The translations under genes were made by a program, and so were the position numbers. Source: Gemmatales bacterium (GTDB lineage: Bacteria; Planctomycetota; Planctomycetia; Gemmatales; HRBIN36). Taken from it: DNA of 64,000 nucleotides. The DNA lies in assembly GCA_041640595.1 (NCBI GenBank), contig JBEPZY010000001.1, positions 768,001-832,000 on the forward strand. Reading direction: 5' to 3'. Below are positions 50,001 to 57,416 of this stretch, piece by piece. The notes under the pieces are model-generated. The model made no database searches and was not told where the DNA came from. It saw only the letters and a program-made list of their open reading frames with translations. How positions within the stretch are numbered: position 1 is the first letter of the stretch; each line of letters begins with the position of its first letter.

Positions 50001-51123
50001 TGGATCGCTGCTCACCTGGCCGGACGGTAGTCTGCCATCGCATACACGTCCATTTCTGGCCGAAACACTCGAGCGCAGTCCCCGTGCGGATCGGCGACCC
50101 GTGGTGGTTGAGTCGGAAGAATCGGTGCCGACGGCCAGCGATGATCTCCCCGCTGTGCTTGCACCCTGGGAAGCAGATGGCGTGCGCTGGCATACTCAGG
50201 AACGCCATAGCAGCGACGGTCAACCCTGCCGATGGGATGGCCGTATTCTGCTCTGGCTCGATGAAAAAATTCACCAGCTCGGCGAATTCGCACCCACGGA
50301 CTGGAATCACCGCACACGGGTCGAGATTGCCTGGAAGGAACGCAGCAAGGGTTGGTTTTTGCATGCTTACACCGGAGATGCCTGGCTGGTCTGGTTGAGC
50401 TTTCGCGTGGCTCGTAACACGTTCCGCCAGGAGCAGCTGGAGGCGCAATTGGGCATTCGGCCCTGCAGCGAAACGCCTGGCCTGGAGGGTCTTGGCGACG
50501 CTCCGCGAGTGCGTGTGCAGAATCAGCGCGGTCCCTGGCAACAGGTCGAGTTGGGCGTGCACCGCCTCTCTGAAATTCAGAGCAAGGCTTTTGGCCAGTT
50601 CCTCAAACAGGCCGTCCAATCGTTCAGCCGCCAGATGCAATTGTTGTCACGTAAACCCGAAGACTTCATGCCCTGGAAAGTAGATGGCAAACGCTGGCAT
50701 CTGTCTGCGAAGGGCTTTCCGCCTGGTCAAGAGCGTCAGTGGCCTGCTTCGCTTTTATCCGCGCTGGTGGTATGGGTGCAGAAAGCGGTGCCCGATGTGG
50801 TTTTCGACTGGGGCTACCGCGATGCCGTGGTATTGCGCTTACCAGATATTCGCCGACCCTGGGCACGCTGGCGAACGAAGCAACCAGATTACCTGGAGTG
50901 TGCCTTTGCTGTGCCGAAAGGAAGCTGGAACCTGGCCCAGCTGGAACGACTCACTGCCGGGTTCGATCTGGACACTGATCATCGTGACGTGGATGTCGTC
51001 CGCTGGCGCTTCACCCGCGAAGAAGAGTTGGTCGGTTCGACAGCCCAGGAGTTATTCCGTGCCCTGGCGGAGTCGTTTCGCCGACAATTTGGCGTCTCGC
51101 CTTCGGCCAAGATAGACAAATAA
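44035..51123 (+). CDS. uvrA: Excinuclease ABC subunit A, double-length (two tandem UvrA units) with a C-terminal extension
   Basis: Four Walker A motifs (GVSGSGKS three times, GPSGSGKT) and four LSGGEAQR signatures. Duplicated CxxC zinc fingers and FSFNSP motifs. Confidence 0.95.
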   Translation: METSKIVIRGAREHNLQNVCLELPRNRLIVFTGVSGSGKSSLAFDTLYAEGQRRYLESLSSYARQFLGQLQKPDVDYLGGLSPSISIQQKTAGRNPRSTVGTITEIYDLLRVLFARVGRGHCPRCGRPVQAQSRDQIVEQILALPERTRILVLAPVIREQKGEYKDLFAEMLRRGYLRARVDGQLVRITEELRLDRQLKHNIEIVVDRIMVEAKARSRIADAVEQALQLSDGTLLVLVEPEETVDTRARRNSEQESNQSLRSREMLLSAKYACAHCQVSYDPPSPQLFSFNSPQGMCRECEGLGEKYDFDPALLVPDPNLSFAEGAVEIIGPLHAMGRWRRHIFEGVAESLGIDLNRPWKKLPAQHRHWLLYGSGDRQILFTWRGRDHVWKHYGQWEGIIPQLLRSFKKTPTGPRRLQLEKYMRIVPCAACRGTRLNPQARSVRVGGKTLPEVCALPIGQLARWFAVPQSNDDSSDYLVRHLTPLEQHIASEVLKEIRTRLQFLTDVGLHYLTLDRPAPSLSGGEAQRIRLARQIGSGLVGVLYILDEPSIGLHPRDNARLLASLKQLRDMGNTVVVVEHDEDTIRAADYVVDFGPGAGVRGGRIVACGSVDDICQHPESLTGQYLSGRKQIPIPQSRRSPGKERLRIYGACHNNLKNIDVEIPLGLFVCVTGVSGSGKSSLVNDVLLRALRRHLNKNDSDDEDDETSLRRILPPGRHRKITGLQYLDKVIAVDQSPIGRTPRSNPATYIKVFDEIRQLFASLPTARVRGYKPGRFSFNVPGGRCEACQGHGANRLEMDFLADIWVPCEVCEGRRFNRETLQVEFKGKNIHEVLQLDVQEALELFANQPKIRAMLQTLHDVGLDYIKLGQPSPTLSGGEAQRIKLARELCRKSTGRTLYILDEPTTGLHFDDIAKLLRVLHELVDRGNTVVVIEHNLEVIKTADWVIDLGPEGGEAGGYVVCVGPPEAIAQCPQSYTGQALQRVLNPVAPTAMPAEKARARRSRREQTSVPSREQTSTSDASDARTSAITHITVRGAQQHNLKNISVALPREQMTVFCGPSGSGKTSLAVDTIYAEGQRRYIESLSAYARQFLGGIQKPKVEQITGLSPAVCIEQKNTSKSPRSTVGTVTEIHDYLRVLYARLGQMYCPRCQVPVSTQTADQIIDRLLSFPEGTRLYILAPLERRETESYADLWEEVRRAGFVRVRVDGKTYTLEEVPNLDRRRRHEVQVVVDRAVVRGNQRSRLADAVEQALEVGCGVLQVAIVEDGLPEERWRQQQFSQHLACHQCGRGFEPLNPHHFSFNSPLGWCPACEGLGVQQGANPHALIRDAGRSLREGAIVGWSDLRDSLFGQIMEAVARHHGLPLDVPLRQLEPAARRILFYGGGNVSVAVNPLSTPTEKLHANDTCGDASQPGEFGDASGRFWVEYKGLFPALEEAARISPVWRQRLEALISDVPCSVCQGARLRDDAAAVRFRGKTLHELGELPLGQALAFFRELRLSHREQQIAGELVREIEQRLQFLVDVGLDYLTLNRPAPTLSGGEAQRIQLAAQLGSGLTGVLYVLDEPTIGLHPRDNRRLIRALKQLRDLGNTLILVEHDREVIATADYLVDFGPGAGDRGGEIVAHGCPEAVQKQEHSLTGQYLSGRQAIPVPTSRRPPAPDRWLIVRGARQNNLKNLDVAFPLGCLIAVTGVSGSGKSSLVQEVLYNTLARKLHRARTPVAACDDILGIEHLDKVINVDQSPIGSTPASNPATYTGVFDLLRELYAQLPEARVRGYTARRFSFNRPGGRCEACEGNGQKRIEMHFLPDVWVECEVCRGSRYNAETLQVRYKGYSISDVLNMRVSQALEVFASFPRIRRILQTLADVGLDYVALGQPAPTLSGGEAQRVKLAAELARPNTGRTLYILDEPTTGLHFEDIRKLLEVLHRLVDLGNTVVVIEHNLDVIKTADWVIDLGPEAGDAGGYVVACGTPEDVTSGRQPTTAPPKLPDGSLLTWPDGSLPSHTRPFLAETLERSPRADRRPVVVESEESVPTASDDLPAVLAPWEADGVRWHTQERHSSDGQPCRWDGRILLWLDEKIHQLGEFAPTDWNHRTRVEIAWKERSKGWFLHAYTGDAWLVWLSFRVARNTFRQEQLEAQLGIRPCSETPGLEGLGDAPRVRVQNQRGPWQQVELGVHRLSEIQSKAFGQFLKQAVQSFSRQMQLLSRKPEDFMPWKVDGKRWHLSAKGFPPGQERQWPASLLSALVVWVQKAVPDVVFDWGYRDAVVLRLPDIRRPWARWRTKQPDYLECAFAVPKGSWNLAQLERLTAGFDLDTDHRDVDVVRWRFTREEELVGSTAQELFRALAESFRRQFGVSPSAKIDK

Positions 51124-51179
51124 GCGGCAGGAACACGGCGGCTGTGTATATGACAGTTGGGATTCTGACTATGCTGGCG

Positions 51180-51851
51180 GTGCACCTTCCCGATGGCGTG
51201 CTGGCGACAAAATGGTGGCTGGGCGGCTGGGCAGCCACTGTGGTTCTACTGGCACTTTCTGCCTGGCGCATCCAGGCCGAGGAAATTCCACGTCTGTCGC
51301 TGGTGAGTGCCGCCTGTTTTGTCGCTTCTTCTATCCATGTGCCCCTAGGAGTCACCAGCGTACATCTGCTGCTGAACTGCCTAGCCGTTCTGCTGGCCGG
51401 ACCGCGGGCAGCACTGGCAATTTTCCCGGCCTTGCTTCTGCAAGCCTTGTTGCTGAATCACGGAGGACTCCTGACACTCGGCGTGAACACGGTCATTTAC
51501 ACCGTGCCAGCGTTAGTGTTGTGGGTGCTGGGCCAAACGGTACTTCGACGATTTCCGGCATTGGCGAGACTACGCTGGGCCTGGCTCACCGGAGCACTGC
51601 TTGGCGGGGGAACAGTTCTGGCGACGGTATCCCTCAATGCGTTGGTTCTGTATTTGGGTGGTCTGGAAAGCTGGTCGGCCCTGGTTATGCTGGTTTTTGT
51701 CGCTTACCTTCCGGTCGTCGCTGTCGAAGCGTGCATTACCGCATCTTTGCTCACTTATCTGTGCCGCGTGAAGCCGGACTTACTCGCTCTGCCCTGCAAG
51801 CGGGCACCCGCTGCCGAATGCCCCGATACACTGTCGCATGCGAATCAGTAG
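51180..51851 (+). CDS. cbiM: CbiM/NikM family ECF transporter substrate-binding component (Co/Ni)
   Basis: A GTG start at 51180 gives (M)HLPDGVL. Also SVHLLLN and LQALLLNHGGLLTLGVN. Upstream in-frame ATGs at 51150 and 51171 are possible. Confidence 0.85.
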   Translation: MHLPDGVLATKWWLGGWAATVVLLALSAWRIQAEEIPRLSLVSAACFVASSIHVPLGVTSVHLLLNCLAVLLAGPRAALAIFPALLLQALLLNHGGLLTLGVNTVIYTVPALVLWVLGQTVLRRFPALARLRWAWLTGALLGGGTVLATVSLNALVLYLGGLESWSALVMLVFVAYLPVVAVEACITASLLTYLCRVKPDLLALPCKRAPAAECPDTLSHANQ

Positions 51852-51971
51852 CGGTGCAGGCAACGGACGGTGCGTCAGACAGGTAAATTATTTCGCTGAC
51901 GACCGCCGCAAAAGAGTCGCTGTCCTTCTTCCTGACTATTGCCTAAGAAGCAGTTGCAACATTCACCGCCT

Positions 51972-53996
51972 ATGGATAGCCACACGCTGCATTTGCTCGA
52001 ATACCCGAAACTGCGATCCCTGGTAGCTGGGTACACACAGACGACCCTGGGTCGCCAGCTGGCAGAGCAACTCGAACCTTCTACGGATAGTGCCTGGATC
52101 ACCGACCAGCTTGCGCTCACCGAGGAAGCATGTCGCGCTCTCCGGGAAGGAGCCAACGTCAACCTCAGTGGTCTTCGTGATATCCGCCTGTTATTACGAC
52201 GAGCCAGCATTGGCAGCACGCTGTCAGCAGAAGAGTTGCTCCAGGTGCGGGAGACGGCCTGGAGTCTGGCAGCCCTATACCGCTGGCGGATGCAGCTGGA
52301 CGAGCGCTTCCCGAAACTGCGTACCTTGCTCGCGGCAGTCGAAGACCACGGCCTGATTGCCAAAAGTATTGAGGGTTGCCTCGATGCTCGTGGCTACGTT
52401 CTGGATATGGCCAGCCCGGAGTTAGCCCAGGTTCGTCGGCAACTGCGAGAATTGGAAGAACGAATCCAGGCTGTGATTAAACGTTTGCTGCGCGATCCGG
52501 AAATCCGTAAAATCTTGCGTTTCCCCAACGCTACCATGTCCGGCGACCATTACGTTCTGCCGGTTGCTGCCAATTACCGTCATCGTTTGCCGGGAGTCGT
52601 ACATCGCACATCGGCCAGCGGCGATACCGTGTACATTGAGCCGGCCAGCCTGGCATCGCTTGCTGCGGAACGGGCGGTTTATAAGGCCGAGGAGGAAAAG
52701 GAAGTGCAGCGTGTTTTGCGGCGACTAACAGCCCAAGTGGGCAAGGCGGCCCATGCGTTGGAAGCATCCCTGACCGCTGCTGCCCAACTGGATTTCACCC
52801 TCGCCAAAGCACGGTTTGCCCTGGATTACGAGATGACCGTACCGGTCATCACCAGCCAAACGCAGCTGGTTCTACGTCAGGCTCGGCATCCCTTGCTCGA
52901 ATACTACTTCCGCCATCCGCCCGTGGCTGCATCCGCGGAGAACAATCCCTCGACCGGCCCCGAATCCGTCAGTGCGGATGCTCAGCAAACATCAGCCAAC
53001 GTGCTTACCCGGCCTGCCACTCCCCTGCCCTCGCCAGTTCGCCAGGTGGTACCTATTGACGTTCGACTCGGCGACGACTTTCGCATTCTTGTCATTACCG
53101 GCCCCAACACCGGTGGCAAAACCGTTACGTTGAAGACAACGGGTTTATTGTGTCTGATGGCGCAATCCGGTCTGCTCATTCCCGCCGCCGAAGGAAGCTG
53201 CCTGCCCGTCTTTCACCATATCCTGGCCGACATCGGCGATGAACAAAGCCTGGAACAATCGCTGAGTACCTTTAGCGGCCATATTACCCGCATCCGTGAT
53301 ATTCTGAGTACGGCGGATGCTCGCAGTTTAGTTCTCCTGGACGATCTGGGTGCCGGTACGGATCCAACCGAGGGAGCCGCTCTGGGCCGCGCCATCCTGG
53401 AAGAACTCGACCGTATCGGATGTTTGACCATGGTTACGACGCACCTGGGAGACCTCAAGCTGTTTGCCCTGGCTCATCCGCGTGCACAAAATGCGGCGGT
53501 CGAGTTTGATCCGCAAACGCTGCAACCGACTTATCGCCTGCTCATCGGCCAGTTTGGCATGAGTTGTGCGCTGCAAATCGCCAAACGCCTGCGGTTGCCG
53601 AATCGGTTAATGCGAAGAGCCTGGTACTGGCTCAAACGTCGCCGGCGGTTACCGGAACTGCGTCGGTTGCAACAAGCCCGACAGGCAGCGGAAGCCGCTC
53701 GCCAGCAGGCTTTACAAGCTCTCTCCGAGGCTGAAAAGCAGAAAGCAGAGTGGGAGCGCCGGCTCCGTGAACTGGAACGCGAAGAAGCTCAAAAACGCGC
53801 CCTGGCAGAAGCTCGGGCTCGTTTACAGCCTGGTGATCGTGTGCGCATCGTTTCTCTGCGCGAACAAGGAGAAGTGATCCGCGTGGACACACGCAGGGCC
53901 ACTGTGCTGGTACGGGCTGGGCTCGGCCAGTGGGAGGTGCCCCTCCATGACGTCTTTCCCAGCGATTGGCCCGAACCCAAACCTGACCAGGGCTAG
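51972..53996 (+). CDS. mutS2: MutS2 family ATPase lacking a C-terminal Smr domain
   Basis: MDSHTLHLLEY, SASGDTVYIEP, ARHPLL, ITGPNTGGKT, DIGDEQSLEQSLSTFSGH, TTH. Ends in a KOW-like PGDRVRI module. Confidence 0.9.
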   Translation: MDSHTLHLLEYPKLRSLVAGYTQTTLGRQLAEQLEPSTDSAWITDQLALTEEACRALREGANVNLSGLRDIRLLLRRASIGSTLSAEELLQVRETAWSLAALYRWRMQLDERFPKLRTLLAAVEDHGLIAKSIEGCLDARGYVLDMASPELAQVRRQLRELEERIQAVIKRLLRDPEIRKILRFPNATMSGDHYVLPVAANYRHRLPGVVHRTSASGDTVYIEPASLASLAAERAVYKAEEEKEVQRVLRRLTAQVGKAAHALEASLTAAAQLDFTLAKARFALDYEMTVPVITSQTQLVLRQARHPLLEYYFRHPPVAASAENNPSTGPESVSADAQQTSANVLTRPATPLPSPVRQVVPIDVRLGDDFRILVITGPNTGGKTVTLKTTGLLCLMAQSGLLIPAAEGSCLPVFHHILADIGDEQSLEQSLSTFSGHITRIRDILSTADARSLVLLDDLGAGTDPTEGAALGRAILEELDRIGCLTMVTTHLGDLKLFALAHPRAQNAAVEFDPQTLQPTYRLLIGQFGMSCALQIAKRLRLPNRLMRRAWYWLKRRRRLPELRRLQQARQAAEAARQQALQALSEAEKQKAEWERRLRELEREEAQKRALAEARARLQPGDRVRIVSLREQGEVIRVDTRRATVLVRAGLGQWEVPLHDVFPSDWPEPKPDQG

Positions 53997-54102
53997 CTTG
54001 CGGGGCCATTCTCGTTTCCGAACCTGTCTGGGCTGAAAAACCGATCGCCTGGTCGCTTAGCACCGATTTGTTCGAGCTGCGTTACGCAACCGGTTCATGC
54101 TG

Positions 54103-54141
54103 ATTGCATGCAGGCACCGTCTAATTGCATGCAGGCACCGT
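54103..54141. repeat. Two-copy direct repeat (18 bp, 21-bp period)
   Basis: ATTGCATGCAGGCACCGT at 54103-54120 and 54124-54141. Confidence 0.85.
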
Positions 54142-54158
54142 TACGGTTTCTTCACAGG

Positions 54159-54965
54159 TTACCGCGGCGGAACTTGTAAGTCGAGCGGCGCGTAAACCCA
54201 TTCGTAGCGATCGAACTGCACCTGATCGGTATGTTGCCGGAATTCATCACCCAGTCGTTTGAATTTCAGCCGCAGTGCTTTTTGTTTGATGATCGGTTTT
54301 CCGTTGGGGTCGTCCACCATAACGAAACCGTTCGACAGGCCGAACACGTAAATGTAAAAATCTCCCGGCTCCGGTCGGAGATAATTCCGCACATATTCGG
54401 GCTGCTTCGACAACGTGCGCACCTCTTCCGGCGTCGCTACAATCCAGGTCGCCACGCCAGTAACGTATTCGGGATAGGCAATGCGTTTGCCCTGGTCGTC
54501 GAATTGCTTTACGAACGGTATCAAAACCTGGGTGATCGTCGCGGAATCCTTAATTGGATACACGTTCTGCGGGTCTTCCAGACGTCGAATCTTTTCCACT
54601 GCGACCGGAATCACTTCGTCTCGGTATGCCCCTTCTCGGCCTGGTGTGGTCTGCACCCAGACAAACATCGGGGAGAATCGCCGATTCTGCCCGGTGTCAT
54701 TGGATACCTGATACCACAGGTACCATACAATCCGCCGACCGCGACCGGGAATATCTACCTCAATCGTGCGGGGATCCTTGAAATGGAAATCCAGCGTCCA
54801 CAAATCCTCTCGCGGAGGATCTTCGGGTGCCTTCCGTTCCGGAATGGGGCGAACGTTGAAAGCAGGGGGCAGTTCCTGTGCACTACCCTGCCAAACCATT
54901 GCCAGCACTACGGTTCCGCCGACTAGCAGGCTCAGACTTGCCGGCTTCAGGACACCCTTGACCAT
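54159..54965 (-). CDS. Exported hypothetical protein (planctomycete-type)
   Basis: GGAG RBS before ATG 54965. Signal peptide ...QGSA|QE; motifs WYLWYQVSN, GVATW and YVFGLSNG. Confidence 0.7.
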   Translation of the reverse strand: MVKGVLKPASLSLLVGGTVVLAMVWQGSAQELPPAFNVRPIPERKAPEDPPREDLWTLDFHFKDPRTIEVDIPGRGRRIVWYLWYQVSNDTGQNRRFSPMFVWVQTTPGREGAYRDEVIPVAVEKIRRLEDPQNVYPIKDSATITQVLIPFVKQFDDQGKRIAYPEYVTGVATWIVATPEEVRTLSKQPEYVRNYLRPEPGDFYIYVFGLSNGFVMVDDPNGKPIIKQKALRLKFKRLGDEFRQHTDQVQFDRYEWVYAPLDLQVPPR

Positions 54966-55392
54966 CGTCCGCTCCGTAAAAGTTCCTGGCGTGTTGACTA
55001 TGCGTTCGCTGCCCATGCTGCGATCAACCAGTTCCCAGAAAGACAAACGGCTCAAGCGTGCATTCTCCATGCCGTGGCGGTACTGGTTGCACATCCACCA
55101 GTTGCTGCCGTAACCAGAACCCACCTGCATGTGTTACATCGTGCATGTACATTGTGCCAGCCGCTTATCCCGTGTCAAGCCGAACCGAATCCGGCAAGCC
55201 GCCTAGCATGCCGAAGCAATTTGCTCAGCCCGCAGTGGGCCAATAAAATTATCTGACCGACGGCGTTCCTGGCGGCAACAAATATAATGGGCAACGTGAA
55301 CACCAAGGCGTACCGGCCCGGTCTCTGATTAGAGCATGGATTTCACGGTCATGGCGCCGCCGTGGTTAGAGCACCAAGCCGAGGAACATCCG

Positions 55393-55905
55393 GTGTGGAA
55401 AAACTTATGGGCTCCGTGGCGGTTGGCGTATGTCGTCCAGGACCGGCAGGCGAACGATGCCTGTTTCATCTGCACAGGTCTGGCCGCGGGCGACGATCGC
55501 CGCCACTGGATTGTTTACCGTAGTCCTCATTGTGTCGTGATCCTCAACCGCTATCCGTATAACAACGGTCATTTACTTGTCGCTCCCCAAGCGCACAAGG
55601 CTAGCCTGGCGGAATTAACCCCTGACGAAATGCTGGATTCCCAGCAAACTTTGAGCCGAATGGTAACCGCGCTCAGCGAGCTTATGCGACCGGACGGATT
55701 CAATATCGGCATTAACCTGGGCAAAGTAGCCGGTGCTGGTTTGCCCGGTCATCTGCACTGGCATATTGTGCCCCGCTGGGAAGGCGATACTAATTTCATG
55801 CCGGTTCTGGCCGAAGTTAAGGTCATCGTCCAATCGCTGGAAGCGTTGTATGATTTGCTGACGGCCCATTTAGGCAAACCGCAAAGCGGGAGCTGCGGGC
55901 GTTAG
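55393..55905 (+). CDS. HIT family hydrolase (Ap4A phosphorylase/FHIT-like)
   Basis: LWAPWR, CFIC, LNRYPYNNGHLL, GHLHWHIVPRWEGDTNFM. GTG start after GAGGA; alternative start 55336. Confidence 0.93.
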   Translation: MWKNLWAPWRLAYVVQDRQANDACFICTGLAAGDDRRHWIVYRSPHCVVILNRYPYNNGHLLVAPQAHKASLAELTPDEMLDSQQTLSRMVTALSELMRPDGFNIGINLGKVAGAGLPGHLHWHIVPRWEGDTNFMPVLAEVKVIVQSLEALYDLLTAHLGKPQSGSCGR

Positions 55906-55960
55906 CCTGCCAGGCAACTGACGCCCTCTTTTCCTTGAGCTTTTTGCCCGAGTAACGGCC

Positions 55961-57214
55961 ATGCCTGTCGAAAACCGTCTGAGCGTAACACGCTTTGAGC
56001 CTCCTGGTAACAGCTCGGCTTTTGCCGCGCCCCCCGAAGTCAGGCCAGGCGAGAGCGAACCGATATTTCGCCCGCTGGATCCCTGGGAATGGGAAGAGCG
56101 GTTTCTGGCTCCGTATGCCATGCGTACACGGTTAAGCCGTGGCCGAATTCATGAGGAACCGGAGCACCCGTACCGTACTCTGTATCAGCGGGATCGCGAT
56201 CGGATTATTCATAGCGCGGCATTCCGCCGGCTGATGTATAAAACTCAGGTTCTGGTAAACCACTACAGCGACCAGCACCGCACTCGCCTCACGCACACCC
56301 TGGAAGTGGCTCAGATAAGCCGCACTATTGCCCGCCAGCTCGGGTTGAACGAGGACCTGACGGAAGCCATCGCGCTCGCCCACGACCTCGGCCATCCACC
56401 CTTCGGTCATGCTGGCGAAACCGCACTCGATGAGTGTATGGCCCAGTTCGGCGGGTTTGAACATAACCGGCACGGACTGCGCCTGGTGCAGTTTCTGGAG
56501 CGGCGCTATCCTGCTTTTCCCGGCTTGAACCTGACCTGGGAGGTGCTGGAATCGCTTTCTTATCACAGCAAGCGTCCGGAAGCACCGGAGGTAAAACCCT
56601 TCCGCACCTTCGCTCAACCGTTTTTGGAAGCTCAGGTCGTGGATGCCGCTGACAGCCTGGCTTACGACACCCACGATCTCGACGATGCACTGGAGTTAGG
56701 ACTGATCGAATTGGATGAGGTGCGTGAAGTTCCTTTCTGCCGGCTCGCGGAGGAGCGGATGCGTGAGCGTTACGGTCAGGTCAGCCGCGAAAACTACCCG
56801 GCTGCCCTGGTTCGCACACTCATTGATTGGCAAGTAGAGGACCTTCTCGCTCATACCCGACAGCGGTTGCGGTCGTTTCAGGTACGCAGTGTCGAAGATG
56901 CCCGGCGAGCCCCGGAACCGATAGTGCAACCCAGCCCGGAAATTGCTCGGCTCAAAGCGCAGCTTGAGGAATTCCTCAGGGATCGGGTCTATCACCACTA
57001 CCGTGTCCAGCGGATGACAACTAAAGCGAAGCGCTTTTTGCGGATGTTGTTTGACGAGTACCGTCGCGTGCCGGGAATGCTGCCTCCCTTTTTCCGCCAG
57101 CGCATTGCCAGCGACGGTTTGGAGCAGACCATTTGCGATTACTTGGCCAGCATGACAGACCGATTTGCTCAAGACGAGTACCTGAGACTGTTCCATCCGT
57201 ATCAGCGTGAGTAA
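55961..57214 (+). CDS. dgt: Deoxyguanosinetriphosphate triphosphohydrolase (HD family)
   Basis: YQRDRDRIIHS, FRRL, RTRLTHTLEV, AHDLGHPPFGHAGE, DYLASMTDRFA. Confidence 0.95.
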   Translation: MPVENRLSVTRFEPPGNSSAFAAPPEVRPGESEPIFRPLDPWEWEERFLAPYAMRTRLSRGRIHEEPEHPYRTLYQRDRDRIIHSAAFRRLMYKTQVLVNHYSDQHRTRLTHTLEVAQISRTIARQLGLNEDLTEAIALAHDLGHPPFGHAGETALDECMAQFGGFEHNRHGLRLVQFLERRYPAFPGLNLTWEVLESLSYHSKRPEAPEVKPFRTFAQPFLEAQVVDAADSLAYDTHDLDDALELGLIELDEVREVPFCRLAEERMRERYGQVSRENYPAALVRTLIDWQVEDLLAHTRQRLRSFQVRSVEDARRAPEPIVQPSPEIARLKAQLEEFLRDRVYHHYRVQRMTTKAKRFLRMLFDEYRRVPGMLPPFFRQRIASDGLEQTICDYLASMTDRFAQDEYLRLFHPYQRE

Positions 57215-57416
57215 AGTTAACTCGGACGAACAGGGGACAGGCAACCTATTCAGGTAACGCGGCCTCCCTGAGAAAGGCTCGCCTTACCAGATGTAGGGAG
57301 GCTTTTCGGAACAGTAACGGGCAGGGAGAGTGTCGGTTGGCCGGGTACACCGACACTCCGGGACAAACCAGGTTGCGGGTTGGCTCTCACCGACTCGCAC
57401 CAAGGAGGAGATTCCA

